A stretch of 64,000 nt of DNA from Candidatus Fermentithermobacillaceae bacterium (lineage in GTDB: Bacteria > Bacillota > Sulfobacillia > Fermentithermobacillales > DUSS01): NCBI GenBank assembly GCA_014896535.1, contig JADBKE010000019.1:17068-81067 (forward strand), written 5' to 3'. The notes below the pieces were generated by a model. It saw only the letters and a list, made by a program, of their open reading frames with translations, did not search any database and was not told the DNA's origin. The position numbers were made by a program, and so were the translations under genes. The number at the start of each line of letters is the position of its first letter. Positions within the stretch are counted from its first letter, which is position 1. This document shows, piece after piece, positions 60,347-64,000 of the stretch.

Positions 60347-60650
60347 CGTTCCCCCCTCAATAAATCGAGGGGCATCCTTGAGCGGATGCACGCAGGGTCT
60401 TATCCTTGCGCTCCGGTTCAGCGACACCGTACCACCCCAAAAGGAACGACACGACCGCAGGCCGCGCCACGCGGCCACTACTCCCCTTCACGGGAGATAC
60501 CTGATACGCCCTCTCGTAGATATCCAGAGCACCGTTCACGTCCGCCTGTGCTTTCCACCCGCAGGGGCATACGTATAGACCCCGGTGCCTCCGGTTGGAG
60601 GCCACGACCCTCCCGCAGGCGTGGCACGTAATAGACGCGTTTCCCTCACC
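60343..60650 (-). mobile_element. tnpB: IS200/IS605-family remnant: tnpB 3' fragment plus right end (putative omega-RNA region)
   Basis: SITCHACG...YVCPCG...ADVNGALDI (Zn finger + RuvC-III); subterminal hairpin CCCCTCGA-TTTA-TTGAGGGG then GAACGTCAC; no tnpA, no 5' tnpB. Confidence 0.85.
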
Positions 60651-60722
60651 TAGGTGGTCACGGTTGCGTTTCAGGGAATCATACACCTAGACACGTACCG
60701 TAGAGAGGGGAAGGGTAATCCA

Positions 60723-61205
60723 ATGGGCTCAACATCTTACGAAAGGTTCGAGGAATTCCGTCGCATTTTGCTGGAGGAAAAAGCCAGGGTGGAGAGGGCT
60801 TTTCGCAATATCGCCGAAGGTTCGCTCCGAAACGCTCAGAAAGACTTCCTGGGGGAGGACTCCGTATACGACCAGCACCCTGCTGACATCGCCACCGAAA
60901 CGTTCGCGCGGGAACGGGACCTTGGGCTCAAAGATGCTCTGGAAACGGACAGGGCCAAAATAGAGAGGGCCTTGCGTCGAATCGACGAAGGTACCTATGG
61001 GATCTGTGAGGGATGCGGCCGCGAGATTCCCGAGGAAAGGTTGCGGGCGGTTCCCACGGCCACGTTGTGCATTGAATGTCAGAAGGAAGTTGAGGTAGCA
61101 CCCAGATCGCGCCGACCGATAGAAGAGGAAGTGATAAAGCCCGGGTTCCCCGACGAAGGCGAGGGTAATGAGGAGCAACCCGGGGACGAGCCACCCCTCA
61201 GGTAG
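60723..61205 (+). CDS. TraR/DksA C4 zinc-finger protein (YteA/YlyA-like)
   Basis: YDQHPADIATETFARE, GTYGICEGCG..IPEERL.AVP...CIEC, RPIEEEV. Confidence 0.9.
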   Translation: MGSTSYERFEEFRRILLEEKARVERAFRNIAEGSLRNAQKDFLGEDSVYDQHPADIATETFARERDLGLKDALETDRAKIERALRRIDEGTYGICEGCGREIPEERLRAVPTATLCIECQKEVEVAPRSRRPIEEEVIKPGFPDEGEGNEEQPGDEPPLR

Positions 61206-61283
61206 AAAGCACGGCCAACCTGCTCCTTGCCGCGCAAACGCGGCTTTGCTATGTTAAGACGGAAAAGGACGTGAGGCAGGGGC

Positions 61284-61733
61284 ATGCGCTACTGGCTGGT
61301 CTTTGCTTTGTCTTTCGCCGCGGACCAGGTCTCGAAAAGCCTGGTCAGGCGAACTCTCTCCCTTGGCCAGTCCGTCCCCATCCTCGGCCCGTACCTGGCC
61401 ATAACCTATGTGGAGAATCCCGGGGGTGCCTTCGGGCTGTTTCCCGGAGCTCTGTGGGTGTTCATCATTACCAGCGTGGCATCCATCGCTTTCGGCATAT
61501 TCGGGCGCAAATACCTCGAGCCTCTGGGACCGGCTTCTCAAATATCATTGGGACTCCTTTCTGGGGGCGCCATGGGAAATCTCGCGGACAGGTTAAGATT
61601 TGCCACGGTAACGGATTTCATTGATTTTAAGGTGTGGCCGGTGTTTAATTTAGCGGACACCTGCGTCGTAACGGGCTCGGTGCTCCTGGTGATCCTCGTC
61701 CTCCGTTGCGAAAAGCGAGTTTGGACAAGGTGA
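61284..61733 (+). CDS. lspA: Lipoprotein signal peptidase
   Basis: DQVSK, NPGGAFG, GAMGNLADR, VTDFID, VFNLAD. Confidence 0.95.
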   Translation: MRYWLVFALSFAADQVSKSLVRRTLSLGQSVPILGPYLAITYVENPGGAFGLFPGALWVFIITSVASIAFGIFGRKYLEPLGPASQISLGLLSGGAMGNLADRLRFATVTDFIDFKVWPVFNLADTCVVTGSVLLVILVLRCEKRVWTR

Positions 61734-61810
61734 GCGAAGCTTCTAGAGGCCACTGGTCCGCAGGCGTTGATTCAGTTGCGAAAAGCGAGTTTGGAAAAGG
61801 TGAGCGAAGC
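61705..61810. repeat. 36-bp direct repeat (35/36 identical) separated by a 34-bp unique insert
   Basis: GTTGCGAAAAGCGAGTTTGGACAAGGTGAGCGAAGC at 61705-61740 and GTTGCGAAAAGCGAGTTTGGAAAAGGTGAGCGAAGC at 61775-61810. Confidence 0.95.
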
Positions 61811-62939
61811 AAGGCGCTGGTCAATAACGGTCGGTTCTGATGCGTCCGGCGAAAGGCTCGACGTGTATCTGGCGGGTCATATACCTGACATGTCGAGATC
61901 AAAAGCCCGCCGCCTCATTGATGAGGGACACGTGCTCGTATCCGGTGCGAAAGCGAAGCCATCATACAGGGTCAAGACTGGCGATATCGTGGACGTCACC
62001 GTGCCGCCTCCCGAGCCCACAGACCTCGTTCCCGAGCCGCTGGAACTAGACGTCGTATATGAGGATGAGGATATTCTCGTGGTGAACAAGCCCAGAGGCA
62101 TGGTCGTTCACCCGGCCAAAGGGCACTGGCACGAAACCATGGCCAACGCTCTGCTTTATCATTGCCGCGGAATCGAGAAGGTGGGAGACCTCGGACGCCC
62201 CGGGATCGTGCATCGCCTCGATAAGGACACCACAGGCCTCGTTGTGGTAGCGAAGACGGAACGAGCGTTTGTTTCTCTTCAAAAGCAAATAAGAGACAGG
62301 ATTGCCGAGCGGGATTACCTGGCGATAGTATCGGGGGTGGTCCGGGATGAGTCCGGGGCTATCGAGGCACCCATCGGGAGGCACCCGGTTCACCGCAAGA
62401 AGATGGCGGTGGTGCAAGGAGGCCGTATGGCGGTCACCAGGTACGAAGTCCTGTTCCGGTTCAAGAGGTATACGCTAATTCACGCACATCTTGAGACGGG
62501 CAGGACTCATCAGATTCGAGTACATATGAGCTATATCGGGCATCCCGTAGCCGGCGACCCGGTATACGGTCGCAGAGGGGGTGAGCTGGGGCTTGGAGGG
62601 CAGGCTCTTCACGCGTGGCAGCTCCGGCTTGTGCACCCGGTAGACGGAAGCTCGATGATCTTTCGGGCACCTCCACCCCCCGACTTCTTGAACGCTCTTT
62701 CCATTTTGAGCCAGGAGATGGATGAAGCGACGCCAAAAGACACGGGCGTACCGGGACTTCAAGCGCTGGGTAGGGCATCGGGCAGAGCATCGGTTGAGGC
62801 ATCGGTTAAGGCTCCTGGTAAGGCTTCGGATGTTGCCGGGTCCGCATCCCAGCCGGAAATGACCACGCGAGATATCACAAGAAAGGGGATTCCTTCGTGG
62901 GTACTGGAGATAAAGAAAGAATGGCTGAAATTCTCCTGA
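61800..62939 (+). CDS. rluD: RluA/RluD family 23S rRNA pseudouridine synthase
   Basis: S4 domain, VNKPRGMVVHP, HRLDKDTTG, GRTHQIRVH, GDPVYG, QALHA. Confidence 0.93.
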   Translation: MSEARRWSITVGSDASGERLDVYLAGHIPDMSRSKARRLIDEGHVLVSGAKAKPSYRVKTGDIVDVTVPPPEPTDLVPEPLELDVVYEDEDILVVNKPRGMVVHPAKGHWHETMANALLYHCRGIEKVGDLGRPGIVHRLDKDTTGLVVVAKTERAFVSLQKQIRDRIAERDYLAIVSGVVRDESGAIEAPIGRHPVHRKKMAVVQGGRMAVTRYEVLFRFKRYTLIHAHLETGRTHQIRVHMSYIGHPVAGDPVYGRRGGELGLGGQALHAWQLRLVHPVDGSSMIFRAPPPPDFLNALSILSQEMDEATPKDTGVPGLQALGRASGRASVEASVKAPGKASDVAGSASQPEMTTRDITRKGIPSWVLEIKKEWLKFS

Positions 62940-63553
62940 ACATCGATGCGGTCAGTTGCAGACCATCCAATCCGTACACGCTTACCTCGGGTACCAAAAG
63001 TCCCGTGTACATTGACTGCCGCAGGCTCATCTCTTTCGTAAGAGAGAGGGAGGAGGCCGTGGCGATGCTCCGCAACCTGATAGAGGAGCATATGCCGGTG
63101 AAGCCTCAGTACATCGCAGGAGGAGAAACCGCCGGAATTCCTTTTGCAGCGTTTCTCGCCTGGGAAATGGCCCTGCCAATGCTCTACGTCAGAAAGCAAG
63201 CCAAGGGATTTGGAAAAAATGCCCAGGTAGAGGGTAGGGTGGAGGAGGGCGCCACAGCGATCTTGGTCGAAGACCTGATCTTCGACGGTGGCAGCAAAGT
63301 GAACTTCATAAACGGTCTGAGATACGCTGGATTCAGGGTAAATCACGTGTTTACATTGGTTTCTTACGGTTTAACCGAAGAATACGAGCGGACGCTTGGG
63401 TCCATGGACGTTAAGGTACACTGGGTTACGGACTGGCCGGTCATAGTAGACGTGGCCGAAAGGACGGGTCGTTTTCCACCCGACCATGCCAGAATCATCA
63501 AGGAGTTTTTGAGAGACCCTCACTCGTGGTCGCAAGCCCGCGGCGGAAAGTAA
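62921..63553 (+). CDS. pyrE: Orotate phosphoribosyltransferase
   Basis: TLTSGTKSPVYID.R, YVRKQAKGFG, VEDLIFDGGS. Confidence 0.92.
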   Translation: MAEILLNIDAVSCRPSNPYTLTSGTKSPVYIDCRRLISFVREREEAVAMLRNLIEEHMPVKPQYIAGGETAGIPFAAFLAWEMALPMLYVRKQAKGFGKNAQVEGRVEEGATAILVEDLIFDGGSKVNFINGLRYAGFRVNHVFTLVSYGLTEEYERTLGSMDVKVHWVTDWPVIVDVAERTGRFPPDHARIIKEFLRDPHSWSQARGGK

Positions 63554-63707
63554 ACTAAGGACACCGCCAGGTGGCAGATGGCGTCCGCATGGCGTCAGGA
63601 GGTACGTTTTGAAGGCGGCTTCAATAGGAAGATGGCTGTTTCGGGTTTGGCTTAGGGGTTTCAGGTTCAACCTGAGGTTTAAGTGGGCCTTTGCGGCGCG
63701 GTATCCA

Positions 63708-63735
63708 GGTTAACATAATGTCTATTATAGGACTT
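63708..63735 (-). other. dif-like XerC/XerD recombination site
   Basis: Minus strand AAGTCCTATAA-TAGACA-TTATGTTAACC; 11-6-11 layout with a canonical XerD arm TTATGTTAA, in a non-coding region. Confidence 0.85.
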
Positions 63736-64000
63736 AGCCTGTCTCAGCACCCGGGTCTGGCCCGAGCCTGCCATCATACCGGGGATACTCCGAGTAGTGC
63801 CAGCGTACTTTGCACTTCAGTCGGTTTTCAGCCGTGAGTGCCAATCCGGTTGTTACTGGCCGGCTCCTTAGGCAGTACAGTGGCAATCTCGTTTGCGGTG
63901 AGACGTCTTGTCCGTGGTTTAGTGCCAAGGATGATTGCGGTCTGGTAGGTTGTTGCCGGCCTCGGTGACAATTAGGTTTGCACTCGGTCGCGTTTCGGGC

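Noticed and set aside
60340-60664. 8-bp inverted match ACCGTGAC flanking the tnpB remnant
   Set aside because: Too short, and IS200/IS605 elements have no terminal inverted repeats.
43748-61810. Calling the three repeat pairs true CRISPR arrays
   Set aside because: Only two copies each, mutually unrelated, partly inside coding sequence, no leader and no cas genes in the window; kept as repeats with a hypothesis.
1-63700. KOPS-like GGGNAGGG polarity toward dif
   Set aside because: Instances were seen on both strands by eye; the bias could not be separated from G-skew without counting.

Overview
Mostly core chromosome of a GC-rich, endospore-forming, probably anaerobic Bacillota (Firmicutes), with genes almost all on the + strand and a dif-like Xer site at 63708-63735 suggesting the replication terminus. 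In order: polX (non-canonical), mutS2, PBP1A, tyrS, yunB, nadE, yebC, bofC-like, ruvCAB, queH/queA/tgt/yajC; a GntR-led 2-oxoacid:ferredoxin oxidoreductase + glutamate dehydrogenase + methylmalonyl-CoA mutase/epimerase cluster; the dcw cluster (mraZ to ftsZ, with murC shredded by indels and no murD, murB or ftsA); spoIIGA-sigE-sigG-spoIIR-ylmC; yggS-divIVA-ileS (no sepF); then a small variable region (amidohydrolase relic, PRK06851-like ATPase, HD hydrolase, hisC, a DUF5665-like gene with a 12-bp tandem array, an IS200/IS605 tnpB remnant keeping its right end) and yteA-lspA-rluD-pyrE. No tRNA, rRNA, cas gene or true CRISPR array was seen. The most unusual signal is three unrelated repeat-spacer-repeat units (36-42 bp repeats, 31-35 bp inserts, 70-73 bp period) at gene junctions, which have CRISPR-like geometry. 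All product calls come from motif recognition by eye, without database searches.
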